A stretch of 32,000 nt of DNA from Propionibacterium ruminifibrarum (GTDB taxonomy: Bacteria; Actinomycetota; Actinomycetes; Propionibacteriales; Propionibacteriaceae), in the NCBI RefSeq assembly GCF_900289195.1, contig NZ_OMOH01000001.1:208706-240705 (forward strand). The letters are read 5' to 3'. Shown piece after piece: positions 1 through 9,730 of the stretch (positions within the stretch are counted from its first letter, which is position 1; each line of letters begins with the position of its first letter). Below the pieces are notes generated by a model, which searched no databases, was not told the origin of the DNA, and saw only the letters and a program-made list of their open reading frames with translations. The position numbers were made by a program, and so were the translations under genes.

Positions 1-1177
<1,177 letters not shown>

Positions 1178-1191
<14 letters not shown>

Positions 1192-2506
1192 TCTGCTGAC
1201 CGATCCGCGCTGGATCCACGCCGCGGCCTCGCGCTGGTTCGCCGGCAAGGGCTCTGCCGCCGTCCCGGTGGCCATCACGCCGTTGGACTGGATCGTGCCG
1301 CCGGGCGGGAGCGGTCCGGCAGTCCGCTCCGAGATCCTCTCGGTCGCCTACCCCGACGGCAGGTCGGAGGACTACCAGCTGCTGCTCAGCTACCGGGTGG
1401 ACCGCCTCGCCGGGGCCGTCATCGGACGCGGGCTGGACGAGGGCTTCGAGTGGGTGCACGACGCCACCCGGGACCCGCAGGCCATCATCGCGCTCCTCTC
1501 GGCGATCCGCGGCGACGGCCACGGCGCCGACTGGCAGGCCCACCTGGCGTTCGACGCACTGCCCGCCGATCCGCGCCCGGTGCGCGTCTTCGAGGGCGAG
1601 CAGTCGAATTCGACCGTCTTCCTCGGCCGCAGCGCCCTGCTCAAGATCGTCCGCCGCCTGGAACCGGGCCGCAGCATCGACATCGAGCTGCACGAGGCGC
1701 TGGCGCGGGCCGGCGTGACGAGCACCGACAAGCTGCTCGGCGCCCTCAGCGCCACCCTCCCGGGTGGCGACGGTCCCGGCGTCCAGGTCGACCTGGCCAT
1801 GATCACCGTGCTGATCGACAAGGCCCGGGACGGGTGGGAACTGGCCTGCGCCGAGGCGGCCGCCGGCCATGACTTCTCCGGACCGGCCGCCGGTCTCGGC
1901 TCGGCGCTGGCGCAGGTGCACGCCGCGCTGGCCGAGCAGCTCGGCACCAGCACGTTGAGCGGTGACCGGGTCGCCGACGCCATGGCCGATCGCCTGGCCT
2001 CCGCGGCGGCCGAGGTGCCGCAGCTGACGGAGTACGTGCCGGCGCTGCACGGCATCTTCGACGCGCTGCGTGGACACGACCTGCCGGCCCAGCGCATCCA
2101 CGGTGACTTCCACCTCGGCCAGACACTGCTGGGGCAGGACGGCTGGCACATCATCGATTTCGAGGGCGAGCCGCTCAAGTCCCTGGAAGAACGCCGCAGC
2201 CCCGACAGCCCACTGCGCGACGTCGCCGGCATGATCCGTTCCTTCGGCTATGCGGCGGCCACCGCAACAGCCCTGACACGGGCCGACCGCGAGCGCTGGG
2301 AACGATCCTGCACGGACGCCTTCGTCGCTTCGTGGACGGGCGCCGACCAACCCAGCAGGCAGGACGATACGCTGAGCGCATATGTGGCGGACAAAGCCAT
2401 CTACGAGGTGGTCTACGAGCACCGCAACAGACCCGACTGGGTCCACATACCGCTGAATACGCTCAGGGCGCTCGCCGCCCCCGGTGCGTCAGGGTCACAA
2501 CGCTGA
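1178..2506 (+). CDS. pep2: Maltokinase (maltose 1-phosphate forming), Pep2/Mak
   Basis: Motifs EQSNSTVFLGRSALLKIVRRL, IHGDFHLGQTLL, IIDFEGEP and SPLRDVAGMIRSF match my memory of M. tuberculosis Pep2. The start is ATG 1178 or ATG 1184 (MSDLLTDPRW...). Both overlap the treS stop, so the two genes are unfused but translationally coupled. Confidence 0.9.
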
Positions 2507-2523
2507 TGCAGAAAGGTTTGGCC

Positions 2524-4440
2524 ATGACTCGGATGAACTTCGGGAATCTGACCGGACAGGACCTCGAGGGTTTCCACAACGGCGGAGACACGGAGGCATG
2601 GCGGCGGCTGGGTTCGCATGTCGTCGACGTCCAGGACCCCCAGCGCGGCACCCTGCGCGGCACCCGCTTCGCGGTCTGGGCCCCGAACGCCCGCCGCGTC
2701 CAGGTGATGGGCGACTTCAACTGGTGGCAGGGCGACGACATGGAGCTCGTCCCCGGCTCGGGCGTGTGGGCGCTGTGGAAGGAGAACGTGCTCGAGGGCA
2801 CGCAGTACAAGTACAAGATCCAGCACGCCGACGGCACCTGGCAGGAGAAGGTCGACCCCTTCGCCTTCTACTCGCAGGTGCCGCCGGAGAACGCATCGGT
2901 CGTGTGGACGTCCCGTCACGAGTGGGCGCCGACCGAGGACGAGTGGCTCGCCCGACGGGCCGCCGCCGACCCCTACCACTCCCAGATGAGCATCTACGAG
3001 CTTCACCTGGGCAGCTGGCGCAAGAGCCTGGACTACAAGCAGCTCGCCAAGGAACTGCCCGAGTACGTCGCCTGGATGGGTTACACGCACGTCGAGCTCA
3101 TGCCGGTCATGGCGCACCCGCTGGCCGCCAGCTGGGGGTACCAGGTCACCGGCTACTTCTCGGCCGACTCCCGCTACGGCAACCCCGACGAGCTGCGCGA
3201 GCTGATCGAGGCCCTGCATGCCGCCGGCATCGGCGTCATCCTCGACTGGGTGCCGGGCCATTTCCCCAAGGACGACTGGGCGCTCGGCCGCTTCGACGGC
3301 ACGGCGCTGTTCGAGCACGCCGACCCGAGGCAGGGCGAACACCCCGACTGGGGCACCTACGTCTTCAACTACGGCCGCAACGAGGTCAAGAGCTTCCTGG
3401 TGTCCAATGCCCTGTACTGGATCAGCGAGTTCCACATCGACGCCCTGCGCGTCGACGCGGTCGCCTCGATGCTCTACCTGGACTACTCGCGCAACGAGGG
3501 CGAGTGGGTCCCCAACAAGTACGGCGGCCGTGAGAACCTCGAGGCCATCGACTTCCTGCGATACGTCAACAAGCACCTGTACGAGCGCCAGCCCGGCGTC
3601 ATGATGATAGCCGAGGAGTCCACCAGCTTCCCGGGCGTCACCAAGCCGGTGCACGAGGGCGGTCTGGGCTTCGGCTTCAAGTGGAACATGGGCTGGATGA
3701 ACGACTCGCTCGAGTACCTTCAGCTCGATCCGATCTACCGGCAGTACCACCACAACGAGATGACCTTCGCGATGGTGTACGCCTACTCCGAGAACTACAT
3801 CCTGCCGATCAGCCACGACGAGGTCGTGCACGGCAAGGGTTCCATGGTGAACAAGGTTCCCCAGGACGACTGGCGCAAGTTCTCCACGCTGCGCACCTTC
3901 TACTCGTTCATGTGGGCCTTCCCCGGCAAGCAGCTGCTGTTCATGGGCCAGGAATTCGGTGAGCGCGCCGAGTGGAACGAGGAGGCAGGCCTCGAGTGGT
4001 GGGTCGACGGCCTGCAGTGGCACCGGGGCCTGCGCGACATGATGCGCGAGATCAACCTGGTGCAGGCCGCGACGCCGGCCCTGTACGAACGCGACTGCGA
4101 GCCCGACGGGTTCAGCTGGATCAATGCCAACGACTGGATGGCCAACACCTTCAGCTGGCTGCGCTACGGCGCCGACCACGATCGCGAGATCGTGGCCTGC
4201 GTGGCGAACTTCTCCCCCGAGCCCTACGAGCAGTACGCGATCCGGGTGCCCAGGCCCGGGGTGTGGCGCGAGATCCTCAACACCTCCGACACGCGGTGGG
4301 ACGGTGACGGCGGCTACGAGAACGGCACGCTGACCACCTTCGTCGGAGAGGACGGCACCGACCAGCTCATGGTGCGGATCCCCCCGCTCGCCGGGCTGTG
4401 GCTGGCCTACGACCCGGTCGCGAGCGCCGAGCAGGCCTGA
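2524..4440 (+). CDS. glgB: 1,4-alpha-glucan branching enzyme GlgB
   Basis: GH13 branching-enzyme blocks are present (DWVPGHFPKD, HIDALRVDAVASMLY, MMIAEESTSFPGVT, SHDEVVHGKGS). ATG 2524 is preceded by GAAAGG 7 nt upstream. An alternative ATG at 2506 overlaps the pep2 TGA (cTGATG). Confidence 0.93.
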   Translation: MTRMNFGNLTGQDLEGFHNGGDTEAWRRLGSHVVDVQDPQRGTLRGTRFAVWAPNARRVQVMGDFNWWQGDDMELVPGSGVWALWKENVLEGTQYKYKIQHADGTWQEKVDPFAFYSQVPPENASVVWTSRHEWAPTEDEWLARRAAADPYHSQMSIYELHLGSWRKSLDYKQLAKELPEYVAWMGYTHVELMPVMAHPLAASWGYQVTGYFSADSRYGNPDELRELIEALHAAGIGVILDWVPGHFPKDDWALGRFDGTALFEHADPRQGEHPDWGTYVFNYGRNEVKSFLVSNALYWISEFHIDALRVDAVASMLYLDYSRNEGEWVPNKYGGRENLEAIDFLRYVNKHLYERQPGVMMIAEESTSFPGVTKPVHEGGLGFGFKWNMGWMNDSLEYLQLDPIYRQYHHNEMTFAMVYAYSENYILPISHDEVVHGKGSMVNKVPQDDWRKFSTLRTFYSFMWAFPGKQLLFMGQEFGERAEWNEEAGLEWWVDGLQWHRGLRDMMREINLVQAATPALYERDCEPDGFSWINANDWMANTFSWLRYGADHDREIVACVANFSPEPYEQYAIRVPRPGVWREILNTSDTRWDGDGGYENGTLTTFVGEDGTDQLMVRIPPLAGLWLAYDPVASAEQA

Positions 4441-4482
4441 CAGGACCGGCTGGATCGGCTGCGCTAGATTCGCTGTGGACGC

Positions 4483-4514
4483 GCCGGGACCGGCCCCGCT
4501 GGGCCGGTCCCGGC
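4483..4514 (+). terminator. Perfect 14-bp GC hairpin (GCCGGGACCGGCCC-cgct-GGGCCGGTCCCGGC) 43 nt after the glgB stop, with no U-tract
   Basis: Read directly from the sequence. Its position just after the glgB stop and before the RBS (GGGAGGG) of the next gene fits a factor-independent 'I-shaped' actinobacterial terminator. Confidence 0.55.
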
Positions 4515-4548
4515 CTGTCACCGCCACGAGAATCGGGAGGGCCTGCCG

Positions 4549-5349
4549 ATGTCCGATGATTTCCAGGTGCGTGTCGTCGTCGAGGGCGACATCGGCGTCC
4601 TGCACTGGTCCGGTTACGCCGACCAGCGCACCCTCGACGAGGCCGTCTCGCTGGCGGCCGATGACTCCCTCATCGGCCGAGGCCTGCGCCGTGTCGAGGC
4701 CAGTGTCCCGGCCACCGACCGGCTCGCCCAGCGCGCCCTGCACAAGGCCGGTTTCCGCCGTGAGGGCAGGCGCCGCCGGGCCGTCCCCGACGGCAACGGC
4801 GGTTTCGTCGACGCGCTGCTGTACGCGCGTCTCATCGAGGACCAGGTCTACGGCATGGGCGCCATGACGGCGATCATGGACTCGGTCATGCCGGCGCACC
4901 GCATCATCGGCCACGTCATCATCCGTGACGAGATCGACCGGATCCTGTTCGTCGAACCCACCTACAAGGAGGACTGGGAGCTGCCGGGCGGTGTCGTCGA
5001 GGTCGACGAGTCGCCCCGTGACGGCGCCATCCGCGAGGTGCGGGAGGAACTGGGCGTCGAGATCGCCGTGACGGATCAGCCGCTGGTGGCCGACTGGATG
5101 CCGCCCTACCTGGGCTGGCACGACGCGCTCGAGTTCATCTTCGACGGCGGCCGCATCGCCGCCAGCGACATCGAGACCTTCGTGCCCCCGCCGGAGGAGA
5201 TCCGCGACTACCACTGGGTGGCACCCGCCGAGATCCCCCTGAGGGTCAAGGACTTCTCGGCCCGGCGCATCGCCGGCATCCTGGACGGCACCGGCCTGGG
5301 CTACACCGAGGCCGGCTCCCCCGTCGACCCCGGCCAGTCGCCGGGCTGA
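4549..5349 (+). CDS. Two-domain protein: N-terminal truncated GNAT-like segment (about aa 1-96) fused to a Nudix hydrolase domain
   Basis: A perfect Nudix box GX5EX7REUXEEXGU (G148 VVEVD E SPRDGAI RE V R EE L G V170) lies at nt 4990-5058. The N-terminus GLRRVEASVPATDRLAQRALHKAGFRREGRRR...DALLYARL resembles only the C-terminal strands and helix of RimJ/RimL-type GNATs. There is a strong RBS (GGGAGGG) 7 nt before the ATG, and third-position GC stays high throughout. Confidence 0.85.
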   Translation: MSDDFQVRVVVEGDIGVLHWSGYADQRTLDEAVSLAADDSLIGRGLRRVEASVPATDRLAQRALHKAGFRREGRRRRAVPDGNGGFVDALLYARLIEDQVYGMGAMTAIMDSVMPAHRIIGHVIIRDEIDRILFVEPTYKEDWELPGGVVEVDESPRDGAIREVREELGVEIAVTDQPLVADWMPPYLGWHDALEFIFDGGRIAASDIETFVPPPEEIRDYHWVAPAEIPLRVKDFSARRIAGILDGTGLGYTEAGSPVDPGQSPG

Positions 5350-5454
5350 GCCCGGTTGCGAACGATCGACGACCCGTTGAACCGGACAGGACCGTCAGTC
5401 GCGGGCCCGCCCGCGCATCCCCAAGGGGCCCTGCCCGGCTGCGCCGTTCGGAGC

Positions 5455-5490
5455 GAGGTGGGCGGATCGGTCGCCCGATCCGCCCACCTC
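5455..5490. terminator. Perfect 16-bp hairpin (GAGGTGGGCGGATCGG-tcgc-CCGATCCGCCCACCTC) between the convergent Nudix and pgm genes
   Basis: Read directly from the sequence. It lies in the 183-nt gap between two convergent stop codons and is a candidate bidirectional terminator. It has no U-tract. Confidence 0.55.
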
Positions 5491-5532
5491 ATGTCGCCCG
5501 TCGCCGTCCGAGGACCGGTCGACGGGAACCGG

Positions 5533-7164
5533 TCAGCCCCCGAGGGCCTCGGAGACCACCTGCCGGGCGCCGTCCTGCAGCTGGGCGAGGTGCTCGGCGC
5601 TGCGGAAGGACTCGGCGTAGATCTTGTACTTGTCCTCGGTGCCGGAGGGCCGGGCGGCGAACCAGCCTCCGTCGGTGGTCACCTTCACGCCGCCGATGGC
5701 CGCCCCGTTGCCGGGTGCCTCGGTGTAGATGTGGGTGATCGGGTCACCGGCCAGCTCGGTGGCCTTCACGTCGGCCGGTGAGAGGGCCTTGAGGCGGGCC
5801 TTCTGCTCACGGGTGGCGTCCGAGTCGATACGGGCGTAGTGGTAGTCGCCGAACTCGGCGGCCAGCTCCGCGTAGCGCTGGCTCGGGGTCTGGCCGCACT
5901 TGGCGGTGATCTCGGCCGCCAGCAGGTCCATGATGAGGCCGTCCTTGTCGGTCGTCCACGTGGCCCCGCCCAGTTCCAGGAAGGACGCACCGGCCGACTC
6001 CTCGCCGCCGAAGCCGAGGTCACCACTGATGAGACCGGGCACGAACCACTTGAAGCCGACCGGCACCTCGACGAGGGTGCGGCCGAGCTTGGCGGCCACG
6101 TTGTCGATCATCGAGCTGGACACGAGGGTCTTGCCGATGGCCGTGCCGGCCGGCCAGCCCGGGCGGTTGCCGAACAGGTACTCGATGGCGACGGCCAGGT
6201 AGTGGTTCGGGTTCATGAGACCCGCATCGGGCGTGACGATGCCGTGCCGGTCGGAGTCGGCGTCGTTGCCGGTGGCGATGTCGTACTTGTCCTTGTTGCT
6301 CACCAGTGACGCCATGGCGTTCGGGCTGGAGCAGTCCATGCGGATCTTGCCGTCGGTGTCGAGCGTCATGAAGTACCAGGTGGGATCGATGACCTTGTTG
6401 ACGACGGTCATCGAGGGAATCAGGTTCTCGGCGATGTACTCCCAGTACTGGGCGGAGGCGCCGCCGAGCGGATCGGCGCCGATCCGCAGTCCGGAGGCCC
6501 GGATGGCCTCGATGTCGACGACGTTGACCAGGTCCTGGCAGTAGGCGGTGCGGTAGTCGTGGCGCTCCACCTGGGCGGCGGCCTGCTCGTAGGGGATGCG
6601 TTTGATCGCATCGAGATCGCCCAGCAGCTCGTTGGCACGGGCGGCGATCCAGCCGGTGGCATCGGTGTCGGCCGGGCCCCCGTTCGGCGGGTTGTACTTG
6701 AAACCGCCGTCGCGCGGCGGGTTGTGCGAGGGTGTCACGACAATGCCGTCGGCCAGGTCCGTGCTGCGTCCGCGGTTGTGGACGATGACGGCGCGCGACA
6801 GGGCGGGGGTCGGCGTGTACTCGTCCTCGCGCTCGGCGATGACGTGCACGCCGGCCGCGACGAGCACCTCGATGGCGGTCTTCCAGGCCGGCAGGCTCAG
6901 GCCGTGGGTGTCCTTCGCGATGAACAGCGGGCCGGTCGTGCCCTGCGCGGCACGGTACTCGACGATCGCCTGGGTGATCGCCGCGATGTGGGTCTCGTTG
7001 AAGGCGCCGTCGAGGCTGGCGCCGCGGTGTCCCGAGGTGCCGAAGACGACTTGCTGGTCGGGGTTGGCGGGGTCGGGCTTGATGTCGTAGTAGGCGCCGA
7101 TCACTGCGTCGACGTTGATCAGATCGGAGGGGAGAGCCGGTTTCCCGGCGCGTTCGTGTGCCAT
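5533..7164 (-). CDS. pgm: Phosphoglucomutase, alpha-D-glucose phosphate-specific
   Basis: It has the active-site loop TPSHNPPRDGGFKYNPPNGGPAD and a length typical of Pgm. I chose the second ATG (MAHERAGKP, 7164) because GGGGGAAG lies 8 nt upstream. The first ATG at 7182 is also possible. Confidence 0.93.
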   Translation of the reverse strand: MAHERAGKPALPSDLINVDAVIGAYYDIKPDPANPDQQVVFGTSGHRGASLDGAFNETHIAAITQAIVEYRAAQGTTGPLFIAKDTHGLSLPAWKTAIEVLVAAGVHVIAEREDEYTPTPALSRAVIVHNRGRSTDLADGIVVTPSHNPPRDGGFKYNPPNGGPADTDATGWIAARANELLGDLDAIKRIPYEQAAAQVERHDYRTAYCQDLVNVVDIEAIRASGLRIGADPLGGASAQYWEYIAENLIPSMTVVNKVIDPTWYFMTLDTDGKIRMDCSSPNAMASLVSNKDKYDIATGNDADSDRHGIVTPDAGLMNPNHYLAVAIEYLFGNRPGWPAGTAIGKTLVSSSMIDNVAAKLGRTLVEVPVGFKWFVPGLISGDLGFGGEESAGASFLELGGATWTTDKDGLIMDLLAAEITAKCGQTPSQRYAELAAEFGDYHYARIDSDATREQKARLKALSPADVKATELAGDPITHIYTEAPGNGAAIGGVKVTTDGGWFAARPSGTEDKYKIYAESFRSAEHLAQLQDGARQVVSEALGG

Positions 7165-7302
7165 GAACCCATCTTCCCCCACTCGGGGCCGTTGTGCTCA
7201 CATGTTCGCCCATCGGCCCTCGGTCCGGTCGCCGTGGCGGGTCGGCCGGCTCACCCGATGTCTGCGGGCCGGACAGGACGGCGCGGTGGAACAATTGGGG
7301 GC

Positions 7303-8271
7303 ATGAGTCAACCGGTGAATCCGAATCAGGCCCCCGGCCAGGCGCGGCGTCCTGCCGGCGGCGCGGCCCCCGCCAGCGCGTCCTTCAGCCGTCCTGGTGC
7401 CGTCGACCTGTCCCAGATCGCGGCCCAGGCCTCCGCCCAGCAGACGTCCCCGGATGCCCCGGCCAGTGCCGGCAGCTACACGGTCGAGGTCACCCAGGCC
7501 GAGCTGAACTCGGTGCTGCAGCAGTCGATGAACTACCCGGTGGTGATCGCGCTCCTGTCGGGCGCCGACCCGGGATGTCAACAGCTGAAGGCGACCCTGA
7601 CCCGGATCTCCGACGACGACGCCGGCCGCTGGCTGTTGGCCACGGTCGACGTCGACACCCAGCCGGGCATCGCCCAGGCCTTCCAGGTTCAGGCCGTCCC
7701 GACCGTCATGGCGATCATCGGCGGTCAGATCGCGCCGCTCTTCCAGGGCACGGCCGATGAGCAGCAGGTGCGCGCCGTCCTCAGGCAGGTGCTCGACACG
7801 GCCGTCGCCAACGGCGTTGCGGGCCGCGTCACCCCGGTCTCGCACCCGGACGCCGGACCCGACCCGAGGTTCATGAAGGCCGACGAGGCCATGGCGGCCG
7901 GTGACTACGCCACGGCGATCGCCGAGTACGACAAGCTGCTCGCCGCGAACCCGAAGGACCACGAGGCGGCCGCTGCCAGGGCCACCGCGGCGATGCTCCA
8001 GCGCAGCCCGCTCGATGGCGGCCAGGACGCCATCGCGGCCGCCGACGCCGACCCGCAGGACATCGACAAGGCCTTCGCCGCGGCGGACGCCGAGATCATC
8101 GCCGGTGACGCCGGCAAGGCCTTCGGCCGGCTGATCGGTCTCATCCGCGCCACGGCGGGTGAGGACCGGGAACGCCTGCGCGTGCGGGTCCTCGAACTCT
8201 TCGAGACGATGGACCCGGCCGATCCCGTCCTGCTGGCTGCGCGACGCGATCTCGGCTCCGCCCTGTTCTGA
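7303..8271 (+). CDS. Thioredoxin-fold plus TPR protein (YbbN/co-chaperone-like; no CxxC motif)
   Basis: A low-complexity N-terminus is followed by a thioredoxin-like segment (PVVIALLSGADPGCQQL...VDVDTQPGIAQAFQVQAVPTVMAI). After that comes a TPR-like helical C-terminus (AMAAGDYATAIAEYDKLLAANPKDHEA). An alternative ATG lies at 7258. Confidence 0.8.
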   Translation: MSQPVNPNQAPGQARRPAGGAAPASASFSRPGAVDLSQIAAQASAQQTSPDAPASAGSYTVEVTQAELNSVLQQSMNYPVVIALLSGADPGCQQLKATLTRISDDDAGRWLLATVDVDTQPGIAQAFQVQAVPTVMAIIGGQIAPLFQGTADEQQVRAVLRQVLDTAVANGVAGRVTPVSHPDAGPDPRFMKADEAMAAGDYATAIAEYDKLLAANPKDHEAAAARATAAMLQRSPLDGGQDAIAAADADPQDIDKAFAAADAEIIAGDAGKAFGRLIGLIRATAGEDRERLRVRVLELFETMDPADPVLLAARRDLGSALF

Positions 8272-8415
8272 TCTCCTTGGTAGTGGGGCCGTCCCCGCCG
8301 ACCGGAACCGGCTGCCGGCCCGGACCGGTGGGGACGGCTCTCCCCCTCGACGGGGCCTGCCGAAAACCACGGCCCTGCGCCGTCGGCGACTGATGTTCTG
8401 TGCGATGATGCCCCC

Positions 8416-8865
8416 ATGGAAAACGAAGATCTCTTCACCTGCATTGACCACATCGCCTACGCGTGCCCCGACGCAGACGAGGCCGCCAAGTTCTACATCG
8501 AGACCTTCGGCTGGCACGAGATCCACCGTGAGGAGAACCCCGAGCAGGGCATCCTCGAGATCATGATGGCCCCTGCCGCCGAGTTGACCCCCGACATGAC
8601 CCAGGTCCAGATGATCAGTCCGATCAGCGAGACCTCCACCACCGCCAAGTGGCTCGAGCAGCACAACGGTCGTGCGGGCCTGCACCACATGGCTTGGCGC
8701 GTCGATGACATCGACGCCGTGAGCGCGACCCTGCGTGAGCGCGGCGTCCGTCTGCTCTACGACGAGCCGAAGATCGGCACCGGCGGCAACCGCATCAACT
8801 TCATGCACCCGAAGTCGGGCCGCGGCGTCCTCATCGAGCTCACCCAGTACCCGAAGAACGACTGA
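8416..8865 (+). CDS. mce: Methylmalonyl-CoA epimerase (VOC/glyoxalase fold)
   Basis: The 149-aa product contains IDHIAYACPDADEA, GLHHMAWRVDDIDAV and INFMHPKSGRGVLIELTQYPK. It is very close to the Propionibacterium shermanii epimerase as I recall it. Confidence 0.9.
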   Translation: MENEDLFTCIDHIAYACPDADEAAKFYIETFGWHEIHREENPEQGILEIMMAPAAELTPDMTQVQMISPISETSTTAKWLEQHNGRAGLHHMAWRVDDIDAVSATLRERGVRLLYDEPKIGTGGNRINFMHPKSGRGVLIELTQYPKND

Positions 8866-8910
8866 GACCTCAACCGGTCCGGTCCTGCACCGGCCCTGCC
8901 GGTGTGATCC

Positions 8911-8945
8911 AGGTGTGGCGCGCCCGTCCCGGGCGCGCCACACCT
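8911..8945. terminator. Perfect 16-bp hairpin (AGGTGTGGCGCGCCCG-tcc-CGGGCGCGCCACACCT) 46 nt after the mce stop
   Basis: Read directly from the sequence. It has no U-tract, which fits an I-shaped terminator. Confidence 0.55.
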
Positions 8946-9031
8946 GTGTCAATACCGCCCGCGGGCGACCGGACTCGCCGGCTCTCCGCCGGCCCACACG
9001 GCATGGCCGCGCAACGGCGCACCGGGCCGGC

Positions 9032-9051
9032 CGGTTCGCGTGCGCGAACCG
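9032..9051. terminator. Inverted repeat CGGTTCGCG-tg-CGCGAACCG, a possible terminator of the minus-strand 139-aa gene
   Basis: The 9-nt arms were read directly from the sequence. As RNA this gives an 8-bp stem with a GUGC-type tetraloop. It lies 126 nt downstream of the stop at 9177 on the minus strand. Confidence 0.3.
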
Positions 9052-9176
9052 AACCCCGCCGCGACGCCCCAGAACGTGATGGGGATCTCGGCATCCATCG
9101 CACGGCGCAGCGCCGTCGCCGCGCCACCCGCCCGAGTGAACCCATGAGGACCCTGCCGCGAGGACCGTGGAGAGTG

Positions 9177-9596
9177 TCACCTGAAGTAGTCCGGGTACTC
9201 CTCGAAGGGGTCGTGCTCGCCGTGATCGACCCAGCCGCTCGCGACCTGCTCCGCGGTGATGCCGGGGAACAGGACCGCGTGGCCGGTGAAGCCCTCGTCG
9301 ACGTACCACAGGACCAGATCGGGGTCCGGGTGCAGCGACCTCACCCACGCCGCCACCGCTGCGCTCTGATCCAGGTTGCCGTCCACCGAGATCATGTCGT
9401 TCGGGAAGTGGATCACCGTGAAGGATGGGGCGCCGACCGGGCTCACATTGACCTCAGCGTCGCTGATCCTTTCTGCGGGATCGTCCTCGAACGTGCGGCA
9501 GCCCGGCCACTTCTGCCGGGCGTGACGCAGGAAGGCCTCGGCGTCGAGCATGTGCTGGTCTGATGTGACCGTGATCACCATGAAGCCGACGCCCAT
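9177..9596 (-). CDS. Hypothetical acidic cytoplasmic protein, 139 aa, with no family I recognise
   Basis: The ORF has strong third-position GC bias. The RBS GAAGGGGG lies 6 nt before ATG 9596. I saw no TM segments and no recognisable motifs. Confidence 0.7.
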   Translation of the reverse strand: MGVGFMVITVTSDQHMLDAEAFLRHARQKWPGCRTFEDDPAERISDAEVNVSPVGAPSFTVIHFPNDMISVDGNLDQSAAVAAWVRSLHPDPDLVLWYVDEGFTGHAVLFPGITAEQVASGWVDHGEHDPFEEYPDYFR

Positions 9597-9730
9597 GCCG
9601 AACCCCCTTCGCCCACCGGCACGCTACCGCAGGCGGCTGCGTTCCGGACGCGAGACCGCTTCTGCCGGGGCCGGGCGACCCGTAACATGATGGGCCACGA
9701 TCGCCGACCGTTCGAGAAGGGAGGATCCTC

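Noticed and set aside
2413-5214. 933-aa ORF on the minus strand, antisense to glgB and the Nudix gene
   Set aside because: It runs antisense through two well-supported genes and straight across their intergenic terminator. The product is Arg/Gly/Val/Asp-rich low-information sequence. This is a typical stop-codon-poor antisense frame in a high-GC genome.
8272-8415. Possible tRNA or small RNA gene in the 144-nt gap upstream of mce, containing GCCGTCCCC...GGGGACGGC
   Set aside because: There is no cloverleaf and no T-loop (GTTCGAATC-like) signature. The 9-bp inverted repeat with a long GC-rich loop is most simply a terminator for the upstream gene. The evidence is too weak to call as a feature.
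7198-9348. 716-aa minus-strand ORF spanning the thioredoxin-like gene, mce and the spacer
   Set aside because: It is antisense to two confident genes and crosses intergenic regions. It has Arg/Gly-rich composition and no motifs.
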